Shown in pieces: positions 30,290 to 38,622 of a stretch of 41,261 nucleotides of DNA. This DNA comes from Phycisphaeraceae bacterium (GTDB taxonomy: Bacteria; Planctomycetota; Phycisphaerae; Phycisphaerales; Zrk34): positions 1 to 41,261 of the forward strand of contig JBBDRF010000037.1 in NCBI GenBank assembly GCA_040905565.1. The letters run 5' to 3'. The position numbers and the translations under genes were made by a program. Positions within the stretch are counted from its first letter, which is position 1; each line of letters starts with the position of its first letter. The notes beneath the pieces were generated by a model. The model saw only the letters and a list, made by a program, of their open reading frames with translations, did no database searches and was not told the DNA's origin.

Positions 30290-31090
30290 ATGATCGAACT
30301 CAGCCGGACGGTGCGATTTTGCCTTAACGCCGACGGGAGCCTCGCCGCCGACGCGCCGGTGAGCAACTCCTTCGCGTTCTGGCCGCCCATGCGCCACCTC
30401 GGCCGCTACTACGAACTCACCCTCACCTGCCGGGGCGAAGCCGACGCTGACACGGGTTATTTCATCAACATCAAGCAGATCGATCAGGCTGCCCGCGATC
30501 ACGTGCTGCCGCTTATTTCCACCGCCGCCCAGAGGGCCGAAGCCCCGCTCGGGCAGCTGATGCGTGACGTCCTGCACGCCACCGCCGCCCCGCTCAACGG
30601 CTGCACCATCGCTGCCCGTTTGCAGCTCACGCCCACCTACAGCCTCACCCTCGAGGAGGCCGACATGGATCATCTTCTGTTGACGCAGAGTTACGAGTTC
30701 GCCGCTGCCCACCGTCTGCACAGCCCCGCCCTCTCGCCCGAGCAGAACCGCGAAGTCTACGGCAAGTGCAACAACCCCGCGGGCCACGGCCACAACTACC
30801 GAGCTGAGATCACCCTCCGCTGCCCCGTCGATGCCAGCGGCCATGTTCTGCCCGTTGAAAAGGTCGACGCCGTCGTCGACGAAGCGGTGATCCAAAAGCT
30901 GGACCACAAGAACCTCGACTGCGACGTCCCCGCCTTCGCCGAGGATACCTCGTCGGTCGAAAACATTTCACGCGTCGTCTACGAACTGCTGGAGCAGCCC
31001 GTCCAGCAGCTCGGCGTCACCCTCGACTCGGTGCGTATCTGGGAGACGAGCAAAACCAGCTGCGTATTCAAGCGGAGTGCGTGCCGATGA
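30290..31090 (+). CDS. two-domain 6-pyruvoyl-tetrahydropterin synthase/QueD family protein
   Basis: domain 2 FAAAHRL, GKCNNPAGHGHNY, LDHKNL, SVENI, VRIWET; domain 1 is a degenerate copy; start 30290 or 30281. Confidence 0.88.
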   Translation: MIELSRTVRFCLNADGSLAADAPVSNSFAFWPPMRHLGRYYELTLTCRGEADADTGYFINIKQIDQAARDHVLPLISTAAQRAEAPLGQLMRDVLHATAAPLNGCTIAARLQLTPTYSLTLEEADMDHLLLTQSYEFAAAHRLHSPALSPEQNREVYGKCNNPAGHGHNYRAEITLRCPVDASGHVLPVEKVDAVVDEAVIQKLDHKNLDCDVPAFAEDTSSVENISRVVYELLEQPVQQLGVTLDSVRIWETSKTSCVFKRSACR

Positions 31091-31989
31091 CATTCCCGAG
31101 CGACATTAGAAACGCGATGCGAGAATGCCTGCTGAAGATCCTTTGGGCCAAGGACGACATTATCTCGTTCTTTCGAAACAACGGATGCACACCCAAGGAC
31201 GTAGCCGTGGTGAACAAGGAACTCAGCAGGGCGCGGATGATTGACACCATGTTCACCCATTTAGCGTCGAAGCCAGATCGAGGGCTCGGACAGTTCCGCG
31301 CAATGCTTCACGCGCTCGTCAACTGGTCGCACTTCGACACCTTCTACTTCGACAAACTCAAAAAGCTAAGTCGGGCTGATGCAGAACGCGCGATCGAGCA
31401 CCTAATGCAATTGCAGGAGATTCGCGATCACAAGCTGAGCGAATCTAGAAGGCGGCGTGAAAAGCAAGTGAAGGAAGCCCAGCGACCGCAAAAGACACTT
31501 GAAAAACTGAAGGCTGTCCATATCGGCCTATTGCAAGGTGACGTGCCACCTCAACGGCGGGGCTATCAACTTGAGCAGTTGCTACAAGATCTGGCGAAAC
31601 TGTCTGGATTGACGACCACGGCGCCCTTCCGCGTGAATGGGGAGCAAATCGATGGCGCGATAAAGTTTGATGGCGAACATTACATCATCGAAGCTAAGTG
31701 GGAAGAACAAGCGTCGTCAAACGAGTCGGTTTACCAGTTTGCTGGCAAAATCGAAGGTAAAATGTACGGCCGAGGAATCTTCATATCTATGAATGGCTTT
31801 AGCAGCCATGTTGTTCAATCGCTTGTTACAGGCAAGGCATTGCGAACTATTTTCATTGACGGGGGCGACCTCATGGTGGTTCTTGAGGGTCTCGTCGACT
31901 TTTCCGACATGATCGACAAGAAGGTCGAAGCGGCTCAGGCCAAAGGCCTAATATACGCCGACCCCGTGACCGGCGCGCCGAAAGCGTGA
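31087..31989 (+). CDS. Mrr-like PD-(D/E)xK restriction endonuclease domain protein
   Basis: RGYQLEQLL, EQIDG....HYIIEAKW, GIFISMNGFS; ATGA overlap with the upstream gene; visibly more AT-rich codons. Confidence 0.85.
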   Translation: MTFPSDIRNAMRECLLKILWAKDDIISFFRNNGCTPKDVAVVNKELSRARMIDTMFTHLASKPDRGLGQFRAMLHALVNWSHFDTFYFDKLKKLSRADAERAIEHLMQLQEIRDHKLSESRRRREKQVKEAQRPQKTLEKLKAVHIGLLQGDVPPQRRGYQLEQLLQDLAKLSGLTTTAPFRVNGEQIDGAIKFDGEHYIIEAKWEEQASSNESVYQFAGKIEGKMYGRGIFISMNGFSSHVVQSLVTGKALRTIFIDGGDLMVVLEGLVDFSDMIDKKVEAAQAKGLIYADPVTGAPKA

Positions 31990-32028
31990 AAGCGTCGCGC
32001 TGAGAGGCCACTGATCAAGCGGCACAAC

Positions 32029-33687
32029 CTACACAGACTCAACCAGTGCTTTCACGTCCGCGTTAAGCAGGTGGTATTCGAAGGCGTCGATGATGGCGTG
32101 CCAGGTGGCGTCGATGATGTTTTCGCTGACGCCGATGGTCGAGAAGTATTCGTCGGCCTGGTCGGGATCGCTGATGGCGAACTCGCAGATCACGCGGACC
32201 TTCGCAGCGGTCTCGTCGGCTGCGTTAACCACACGCACTTTGTAGTCCCGCAGATGCACATTACGAATCTGCGGATAGTGCGGCGCGAGCGCTTTGCGGA
32301 GGGCGCCGTCGAGCGCGTTGACCGGGCCGTCGCCCTCCGCGACGCGATGCTCGAGATGTTCGCCGATGCGAAGTTTGACGGTGGCTTCGGTGGCGGGCGT
32401 CTGACCATCCAGCCGAAGAATCACACACCGATAGTGGTCGAGGTGCCAGTAGGTCTTGCGCTGATTCAGCTCGCTGCGCACCAGCAGTTCAAAGCTCGCG
32501 TCGGCAGCCTCGAACTGATAGCCCGCATGCTCCAGATCCTGCATCCGCTGAAGGACACGCCGTTGCAGATCACGATCCTCCGCAATGTCGAACTTCTCGC
32601 CAAGCGACGCGGTGATGTTGCTGATGCCCGACAGTTCGCTGACGAGGATGCGACGCGTGTTGCCCACGGAATCAGGCTCGACATGTTCATAGCTGCGAGC
32701 GAGGCGATTCACCGCATGGACGTGCATGCCGCCCTTATGGGCGAAGGCTGCGGAGCCGACGTAAGGCTGATTCTCACGCAGGTTCATGTTCGCCAGTTCG
32801 TACACGAATCGGCTGGTCTCGGTCAGGCGTTTGAGTGAATCGTCGGTCGCAAGGCAGTTGCGGTTGAGCTTGAGCTGACAGTTGGCGATGACGGTGGTGA
32901 GGTCGGCATTGCCGCAGCGTTCGCCGATGCCGTTGATCGTGCCCTGCACCTGCACCGCTCCGGCCTGAACCGCGGCAAGGGCATTGGCGACGGCCAGTCC
33001 CGAATCATTGTGGGTATGGATGCCGAGCTTCACGTCGTGGCCGAGCGCGTCGCGCACTGCCGTGACAACCTCGGTAACCCAGCCCGGCAGCGACCCGCCG
33101 TTGGTATCGCAAAGCACCAGCCGCGTCGCCCCGCCCGCCACCGCCGCCCGCAGCGTCTCCAGCGTGTACTTGGGGTTCGCCTCGTAGCCATCAAAGAAAT
33201 GCTCCGCGTCGTAGAGCACCTCAGCATGTTTGGCGCAGTAGGCCACGGAATCGCCGATCATCGCCAGGTTCTCATCCCGGCTGACGCGCAGCACCTCGTC
33301 GACGTGCAGATCCCACGTCTTGCCGACAATCGTGATGACCGGCGCCCCCGCCCCCACCAGCGCCTGCATGCCGGTGTCCTGAGCGACATCGATCCCCCGT
33401 CGGCGGGTCATGCCGAACGCGCAAACGCGGGCGTGCTTGAGGTTCAGCGTCTGCACCTGCTTAAAGTACGCTTCATCCTTCGGGTTCGATAGCGGGTAGC
33501 CGCCCTCGATGAAGTCCACACCCAGCGCGTCCAGATGCTTGGTGATCTTGATTTTGTCCAGCAGCGAGAAGCTGACGCCTTCGCCCTGCGTGCCGTCGCG
33601 GAGGGTGGTGTCATAGATTTCGACGCGCCCGGCCGAGTCGGCGTCGGGGGCGGCGGGCGGCGTGCTGGGGTGGGCCTGGCGGTTCAT
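32029..33687 (-). CDS. cimA: citramalate synthase
   Basis: YDTTLRDGTQGEG, EGGYPLSNPKD, GKTWDLHV, DAEHFFDGY, HTHND, GERCGN, FAHKGGMH, GYQFEAADAS, GDGPVNALD. Confidence 0.93.
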   Translation of the reverse strand: MNRQAHPSTPPAAPDADSAGRVEIYDTTLRDGTQGEGVSFSLLDKIKITKHLDALGVDFIEGGYPLSNPKDEAYFKQVQTLNLKHARVCAFGMTRRRGIDVAQDTGMQALVGAGAPVITIVGKTWDLHVDEVLRVSRDENLAMIGDSVAYCAKHAEVLYDAEHFFDGYEANPKYTLETLRAAVAGGATRLVLCDTNGGSLPGWVTEVVTAVRDALGHDVKLGIHTHNDSGLAVANALAAVQAGAVQVQGTINGIGERCGNADLTTVIANCQLKLNRNCLATDDSLKRLTETSRFVYELANMNLRENQPYVGSAAFAHKGGMHVHAVNRLARSYEHVEPDSVGNTRRILVSELSGISNITASLGEKFDIAEDRDLQRRVLQRMQDLEHAGYQFEAADASFELLVRSELNQRKTYWHLDHYRCVILRLDGQTPATEATVKLRIGEHLEHRVAEGDGPVNALDGALRKALAPHYPQIRNVHLRDYKVRVVNAADETAAKVRVICEFAISDPDQADEYFSTIGVSENIIDATWHAIIDAFEYHLLNADVKALVESV

Positions 33688-33724
33688 CTCGTGTGTCCTG
33701 ACAAGAATGACAATGTTCGCAAAT

Positions 33725-33751
33725 AAAAAAACCCCGCCGATCGGCAGGGTT
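33725..33751 (-). terminator. attenuator terminator upstream of cimA
   Basis: minus strand AACCCUGCC-GAUC-GGCGGGGUU running into a U7 tract, about 37 nt upstream of the cimA ATG. Confidence 0.88.
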
Positions 33752-33780
33752 CTGAAGTCGCAGTACCAACGGCGAATACC

Positions 33781-33843
33781 CTACCGACAGCCTTGGGAGG
33801 CGGTAATAATGATGCCGATAATCTGGAGTCGTTTCGCCGTCAT
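33781..33843 (-). CDS. Ile-rich leader peptide MTAKRLQIIGIIITASQGCR (cimA attenuator)
   Basis: 20-aa ORF with ATT ATC GGC ATC ATT ATT; its stop codon lies within the antiterminator strand. Confidence 0.85.
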   Translation of the reverse strand: MTAKRLQIIGIIITASQGCR

Positions 33844-33852
33844 GGTTGGGCC

Positions 33853-33880
33853 ATTATATCTTCGCAAGGCATGCGGGCAA
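33853..33880 (-). promoter_or_regulatory. putative promoter of the cimA leader
   Basis: TTGCCC-16 nt-TATAAT, 9 nt upstream of the leader ATG. Confidence 0.6.
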
Positions 33881-33926
33881 GTATCTGTTCGCAAGAAACA
33901 ACGATCTGCGATCGCCGCCTCTATCC

Positions 33927-35165
33927 TCAGACGCGGCTGAGGACAAGCGACGAGTTGTGCCCGCCGAAGCCGAAGCTGTTGGTCATCGCATAGCGGACAT
34001 CACGGTGCTGGGCTTCGTTGGCCACGTAATCCAGGTCGCAGCCCTCGTCGGGCTCATCCAGGTTGATCGTCGGAGGCACGTCGCCGGTCTGGATCGCCTT
34101 GGCAACGATGATCGTCTCGATGCCGCCGGACGCACCCAGCAGATGGCCCGTCATGCTCTTGGTCGAGGAGACCGCGAGTTTGTAGGCATCGTCGCCGAAC
34201 GTCCGCTTCACCGCAGTGTTCTCCGCGAGATCGCCCAGCGGCGTGCTCGTGCCGTGCGCGTTGATGTAGTCGACCTCTTCCAGTCCGATGCCCGCCATTT
34301 TGATCGCGTGCTGCATCGCCCGGCCGGCGCCGCGGCCTTCTTCATCGGGTGAGGTGATGTGGCCTGCGTCGGCGGTCATGCCGTAACCGATGATCTCGGC
34401 ATAGATCGTCGCACCACGCTTCACCGCGTGCTCGTACTCTTCGACCATCAGCACGCCGGCCCCTTCCGCCATGACGAATCCATCGCGCTGCCGATCGAAC
34501 GGCCGCGAGGCTCTTTCCGGATCATCATTGCGGGTGCTCAGCGCACGCATCGTCATGAAGCACGCCAGGCCGAGGGGCGTCATGGCCGCTTCCGCGCCGC
34601 CGGTGAGCACCACATCCGCTTCGTCGTGCTGGATGACCTTCACCGCATCGGTGATCGCATGCCCCGCTGAGGCGCAGGCCGTCACGGCCGCGCTGTTCAC
34701 GCCCCGCAACCCGTAGTGCATGCTGACCGTCGCCGAGGCGGCATTGATCATCAGCTTGGGAATCATGAAAGGGCTCACGCGGCGAGGCCCCTTCTCGAGC
34801 ATCTTGCGATGGCCTTCTTCAAACTCCTCGATCCCGCCGATGCCCGACCCGATGATCACGCCGCATCGATCCAGATCTTCCTTCTCGAAGTCGATGCCCG
34901 AGTCCTCCACGGCTTTCATCGCGGAGGCCAGCCCGAACTGGGCGAAGCGATCGAGGCGTTTGAGATCGCGGAACTCCAGCAGGCCGCCACCGGTCCAGTC
35001 GGGCACCTCGCCGCCGAAGCGCACGGTGTGCTTGCTGGTGTCGAAGCGATTGATCTGGCGAACACCGCTACGGCCGGCCAGCAGATCCTGCCACACCGGT
35101 TCCAGTTCTATGCCCAGGCTGGTTACCCAGCCGAGGCCTGTTATGACTGCGCGTCGTTGAGACAT
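33927..35165 (-). CDS. fabF: beta-ketoacyl-ACP synthase II
   Basis: TACASAGH, SRPFD..RDGFV, YINAHGTST, STKSMTGHLLGA, NSFGFGGHN. Confidence 0.97.
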   Translation of the reverse strand: MSQRRAVITGLGWVTSLGIELEPVWQDLLAGRSGVRQINRFDTSKHTVRFGGEVPDWTGGGLLEFRDLKRLDRFAQFGLASAMKAVEDSGIDFEKEDLDRCGVIIGSGIGGIEEFEEGHRKMLEKGPRRVSPFMIPKLMINAASATVSMHYGLRGVNSAAVTACASAGHAITDAVKVIQHDEADVVLTGGAEAAMTPLGLACFMTMRALSTRNDDPERASRPFDRQRDGFVMAEGAGVLMVEEYEHAVKRGATIYAEIIGYGMTADAGHITSPDEEGRGAGRAMQHAIKMAGIGLEEVDYINAHGTSTPLGDLAENTAVKRTFGDDAYKLAVSSTKSMTGHLLGASGGIETIIVAKAIQTGDVPPTINLDEPDEGCDLDYVANEAQHRDVRYAMTNSFGFGGHNSSLVLSRV

Positions 35166-35280
35166 CGGGAAAACAAGACTCCTCCGCCCGTCGGCATCGG
35201 GGCGGCTGCGGCATCGTTAAGGGGACAATGAGAGGCAGCCACGACCCAACGCCGCCGGTCGCCGTACCGGCAGTGCTGGC

Positions 35281-35535
35281 TCAGGAGCCCGCTTTTTCCA
35301 GATGCGATTTGATGTAATCGATCGCCTGGCCCACGGTCTGAATCTTCTCGGCTTCCTCGTCGGGAATCGAAGTTTCAAACTCGTCCTCGAACTCCATCAC
35401 CAGCTCGACGGTGTCGAGGCTGTCGGCGTTGAGGTCGTTGATAAAGTGCGTGTTGCGGTTAACTTCCGCTTTGTCCACACCCATTTGCTCAGCGACGATG
35501 TCGATCACCTTCGCTTCAATCTCTGCTACGTCCAT
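35281..35535 (-). CDS. acpP: acyl carrier protein
   Basis: [27 protein letters not shown] before ATG 35535. Confidence 0.97.
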   Translation of the reverse strand: MDVAEIEAKVIDIVAEQMGVDKAEVNRNTHFINDLNADSLDTVELVMEFEDEFETSIPDEEAEKIQTVGQAIDYIKSHLEKAGS

Positions 35536-35723
35536 GAGGGCTCTCCTGCGTCTTTGTCTGGAAGAGGAATATTTTAATTGATACGCGCTCGCGGCGGGCA
35601 ATATAGCCGCTTCCGTGCCGCCTGCCAAACACGGCCGAGCCGTGTATTTTACCGACGAACAGATGACTGTCTAACACCTTCCTCTTAATCGGCGTCGTCA
35701 GCAACCTATCCGCATGCAATATC

Positions 35724-36473
35724 TCAGCACATTGTCATCCCGCCGTCCACCGCCAGCACCTGCCCCGTCGTGTACGCCGCCGAATCCGAAGCGAAATACG
35801 CCACCGCACCGGCAACCTCGGGCGACTCGCCAAAACGCTTCAACGGCGTCAGCGTCTTCACGCCTTGCTTGATCTGATCAGGCAGCACATCCGTCATGTC
35901 CGTCTGAATGAAGCCCGGCGCCACGCAGTTCGCCGTGACGTTCTTGCCCGCCAGTTCCTTCGCCAGCGACTTGGTCAAACCGACCAGCCCGGCCTTGCTC
36001 GCCGCGTAGTTGGCCTGACCGGCGTTGCCGACCAGCCCCGCCACGGAGCTGATGTTGATAATGCGCCCCCACTTGCCACGCATCATCGGCCTCGCCGCCG
36101 CTCGGCATGAGATGAACGCCGACCGAAGATTCACGCGGATGACCTCATCGAACTGCTCGTCGCTCATCCGCAGCATCAGGCCGTCGCGGGTCACGCCGGC
36201 ATTGTTGACGAGAATATCCAGCCGACCGAACTCATCGGCCACGCCCTCGACCATCTGCGTGATCGCGTCGCCGTCGCCGATGTCGCAGGTCTTCACCGAG
36301 GCGCTGCCGCCGTCGCCTTCAATCTGCTTCTGCACCTCGGCCAGCTTATCGGCATTGCGGGCGACCAGCACCACGTGCCGACCCTGCTCCGCCAGTGCCT
36401 TTGCGATGCACGCGCCGATGCCTCGGCTCGCTCCGGTCACCACCGCTACACGTTTGTCTGCTGCGTCGCTCAT
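35724..36473 (-). CDS. fabG: 3-oxoacyl-ACP reductase
   Basis: TGASRGIG, NNAGVTRD, GQANYAASKAG, VAPGFIQTDMT. Confidence 0.97.
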   Translation of the reverse strand: MSDAADKRVAVVTGASRGIGACIAKALAEQGRHVVLVARNADKLAEVQKQIEGDGGSASVKTCDIGDGDAITQMVEGVADEFGRLDILVNNAGVTRDGLMLRMSDEQFDEVIRVNLRSAFISCRAAARPMMRGKWGRIINISSVAGLVGNAGQANYAASKAGLVGLTKSLAKELAGKNVTANCVAPGFIQTDMTDVLPDQIKQGVKTLTPLKRFGESPEVAGAVAYFASDSAAYTTGQVLAVDGGMTMC

Positions 36474-36563
36474 AAAATTCCGTTCAAACTCTCAATGCTG
36501 AAAACTGCCCGCCCCCCCACTCCCTCACCATTCGCCCCCACGCGTCGGGCAAGGTGGGGGGGG

Positions 36564-37490
36564 TTAATCTTCCGGGGGGGTATCGTAGTTTTGGACCTTG
36601 GTTTTTCGTTCGATCCGCCTCATCAGGCCGCGGAGCACTTTGTTCGGGGCTGGCTCGATGAAGTCGCCCTCAGCATTCTCCAGGAGCCAGCGTATGTTCT
36701 GTTCCCATCGGACGGGGTGGGTGATCTGCTTGACAAGCAATTCTTTGATCGTGTCGCCGTCATCGCCGTGCGGTTCGCCGGTGACGTTCGAGAGCACCGG
36801 CACGCGGGGCGGCTCGAAGTCGAAGTGGTGCAGTTCCTCGGCCATGCGCTCCGCCGCCGAGGCCATCAACGGCGAGTGGAACGCCCCGGCCACGTTGAGC
36901 GCCGTTGCCCGCAGGCCCCGATTCTCCGCTTCCATCACCGCCCGGGCACACGCTGCGTCGGACCCGCTGATGACGACCTGCCCGGGGCAGTTGAAGTTCG
37001 CCGGCACCAGCACATCGTTCTCACGCACCGCATCGCAGAGTTCGTTCGCCTGCTGCTCATCAGCGCCGACGAGTGCGACCATGCCCGAGTTCCGCTCCTC
37101 AGCCGCTTCCTGCATGAACCGGCCGCGCTGCGAAACCAGATGCAGGCCGATCTCGAAGCTGAACACGCCCGCCAGGTGCAGCGCGGTGTATTCGCCGAGG
37201 CTGAGCCCCGCCGCCGCCGCCAGCGTCGAGTCATCGCAAACGCCCATCTGCTCAAGCCCTCGCAGGCAGGCGACGGAGGTGACATAGATCCCGACCTGCG
37301 CGACATCGGTGTTGTCGATGCGTTCTTGGGGGCCATCGAAGCACGCTTTGGAGACGTCCAGATCGAGCACCTCATCGGCGTGACGGAACGTCTCAGCCGC
37401 AGCGGTGTAGGTCCGCGCCCAATCACGCCCCATACCGGGGTACTGTGCGCCCTGTCCCGGGCAGAGTACGATTTTAGCGGTCGATGTCAT
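36564..37490 (-). CDS. fabD: malonyl-CoA:ACP transacylase
   Basis: PGQGAQ, GLSLGEY, RGRFMQ, ANFNCPGQVV, AFHSPLM, PVRW; start 37490 or 37502. Confidence 0.96.
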   Translation of the reverse strand: MTSTAKIVLCPGQGAQYPGMGRDWARTYTAAAETFRHADEVLDLDVSKACFDGPQERIDNTDVAQVGIYVTSVACLRGLEQMGVCDDSTLAAAAGLSLGEYTALHLAGVFSFEIGLHLVSQRGRFMQEAAEERNSGMVALVGADEQQANELCDAVRENDVLVPANFNCPGQVVISGSDAACARAVMEAENRGLRATALNVAGAFHSPLMASAAERMAEELHHFDFEPPRVPVLSNVTGEPHGDDGDTIKELLVKQITHPVRWEQNIRWLLENAEGDFIEPAPNKVLRGLMRRIERKTKVQNYDTPPED

Positions 37491-37610
37491 TGCGGTTGCC
37501 ATCTCCAGGTGTCGCGCGATCAGCCGTCTCAAAATGGCCGGGGCGAAGCGATTGCTTCGGCAGCGGCTGCTATCTCAGTCGTCTCTCAAACTTGCGGCCG
37601 GGCCGCGTGA

Positions 37611-38618
37611 TCAAAGTTGCCAGACACTCGACGCCCAGGTGAGCCCGCCGCCCAGGGCGACGAAGATCACCTTATCCCCGCGTTCCAGCCGCCCTGCTTC
37701 GTTCAGTTCGTGCAGGCACAGGCCCACGCTCGCTGCGGACGTGTTGCCGTAACGATCGAGGTTGAGGTAGATCTTGTCTTCGTCGAAAGCCAGCTTCTCG
37801 CGCGCCGAGCCGATGATCCGCGCGTTGGACTGGTGCGGGATGACGACCTTCACATCGTCCACGGTCAGGTTGCACGCATCCATCGCCTGCTTGATCGTCT
37901 TCTGAAGCGTCGTCACGGCGAACTTGTAGACCTCGCGGCCGTTCATCTGAAGCGTGTTCGCTGTGCCGCTGAAGACCGCCCCTTCGGGGACATCGGCTGC
38001 GTTGCGGGGGCAGTAAAGCTCCTGCCAGCGGGTGCCGTCGGAGTGGATCGACTGATAGAGACAGCCCTGCTCCGCGTCGTCGGTCGCGCTAACAATGGCT
38101 GCCGCCGCCCCGTCGCCGAACAGGATGCACGTCGAGCGATCCGTCCAGTCCATGATGCTCGAAAGCTGCTCAGCTCCGACCACCGCCACGTTCTTGTAGA
38201 AACCGGACGCGACGAAGTTCGCCGCCATATTGAGCGCTGCGACGAACCCGCTGCAGGCGAGGTTCACATCCATCGCGCCGCAGGGCGTGGCCCCGAGGTT
38301 CGCGACGATCTGGCAAGCCGTGGCTGGGCAGATCATGTCGGGCGTCATGGTGGCGCAGATCAGCAGGTCCAGTTCGCCCGGCTCCAGCTTCGCGTTCCCA
38401 AGGGCCTGCCGAGTGGCGTCGGTCGCGAGGACGCTGGCGGTGGTGCCGTTTTCGGCGATGTAGCGTTGGCGGATGCCCGTCCGCTGCGTGATCCATGCGT
38501 CGGTGGTGTCGACGATTTTTTCCATGTCCGCATTGGTGACAACACGCGATGGCAACGCCATTCCGGTTCCGGTAATGGTCGCGCCGCCGGTATGCCTGCT
38601 TCGCGCCGCTGCGGTCAT
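37611..38618 (-). CDS. fabH: beta-ketoacyl-ACP synthase III
   Basis: WITQRTGIRQR, ACSGF, LFGDGA, MNGREVYKFA, PHQSN, YGNTSAAS, GGGLTW. Confidence 0.96.
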   Translation of the reverse strand: MTAAARSRHTGGATITGTGMALPSRVVTNADMEKIVDTTDAWITQRTGIRQRYIAENGTTASVLATDATRQALGNAKLEPGELDLLICATMTPDMICPATACQIVANLGATPCGAMDVNLACSGFVAALNMAANFVASGFYKNVAVVGAEQLSSIMDWTDRSTCILFGDGAAAAIVSATDDAEQGCLYQSIHSDGTRWQELYCPRNAADVPEGAVFSGTANTLQMNGREVYKFAVTTLQKTIKQAMDACNLTVDDVKVVIPHQSNARIIGSAREKLAFDEDKIYLNLDRYGNTSAASVGLCLHELNEAGRLERGDKVIFVALGGGLTWASSVWQL

Positions 38619-38622
38619 GAAA

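Noticed and set aside
30290..31989. 7-deazaguanine (dpd-type) DNA modification/restriction system suggested by a QueD-like gene next to a nuclease
   Set aside because: no dpdA/tgt, queC, queE or folE in the window; the PTPS motif is C-X5-HGH; the two genes differ in composition, suggesting a chance insertion
32029..33687. annotation as 2-isopropylmalate synthase (leuA)
   Set aside because: QGEG, DAEHFFDG and GYQFEAA motifs and the Ile-rich (not Leu-rich) leader favour citramalate synthase
36511..36563. C-tract/G-tract inverted repeat between fabD and fabG
   Set aside because: low-complexity pairing, no U tract and no second copy in the window; cannot be assigned a function
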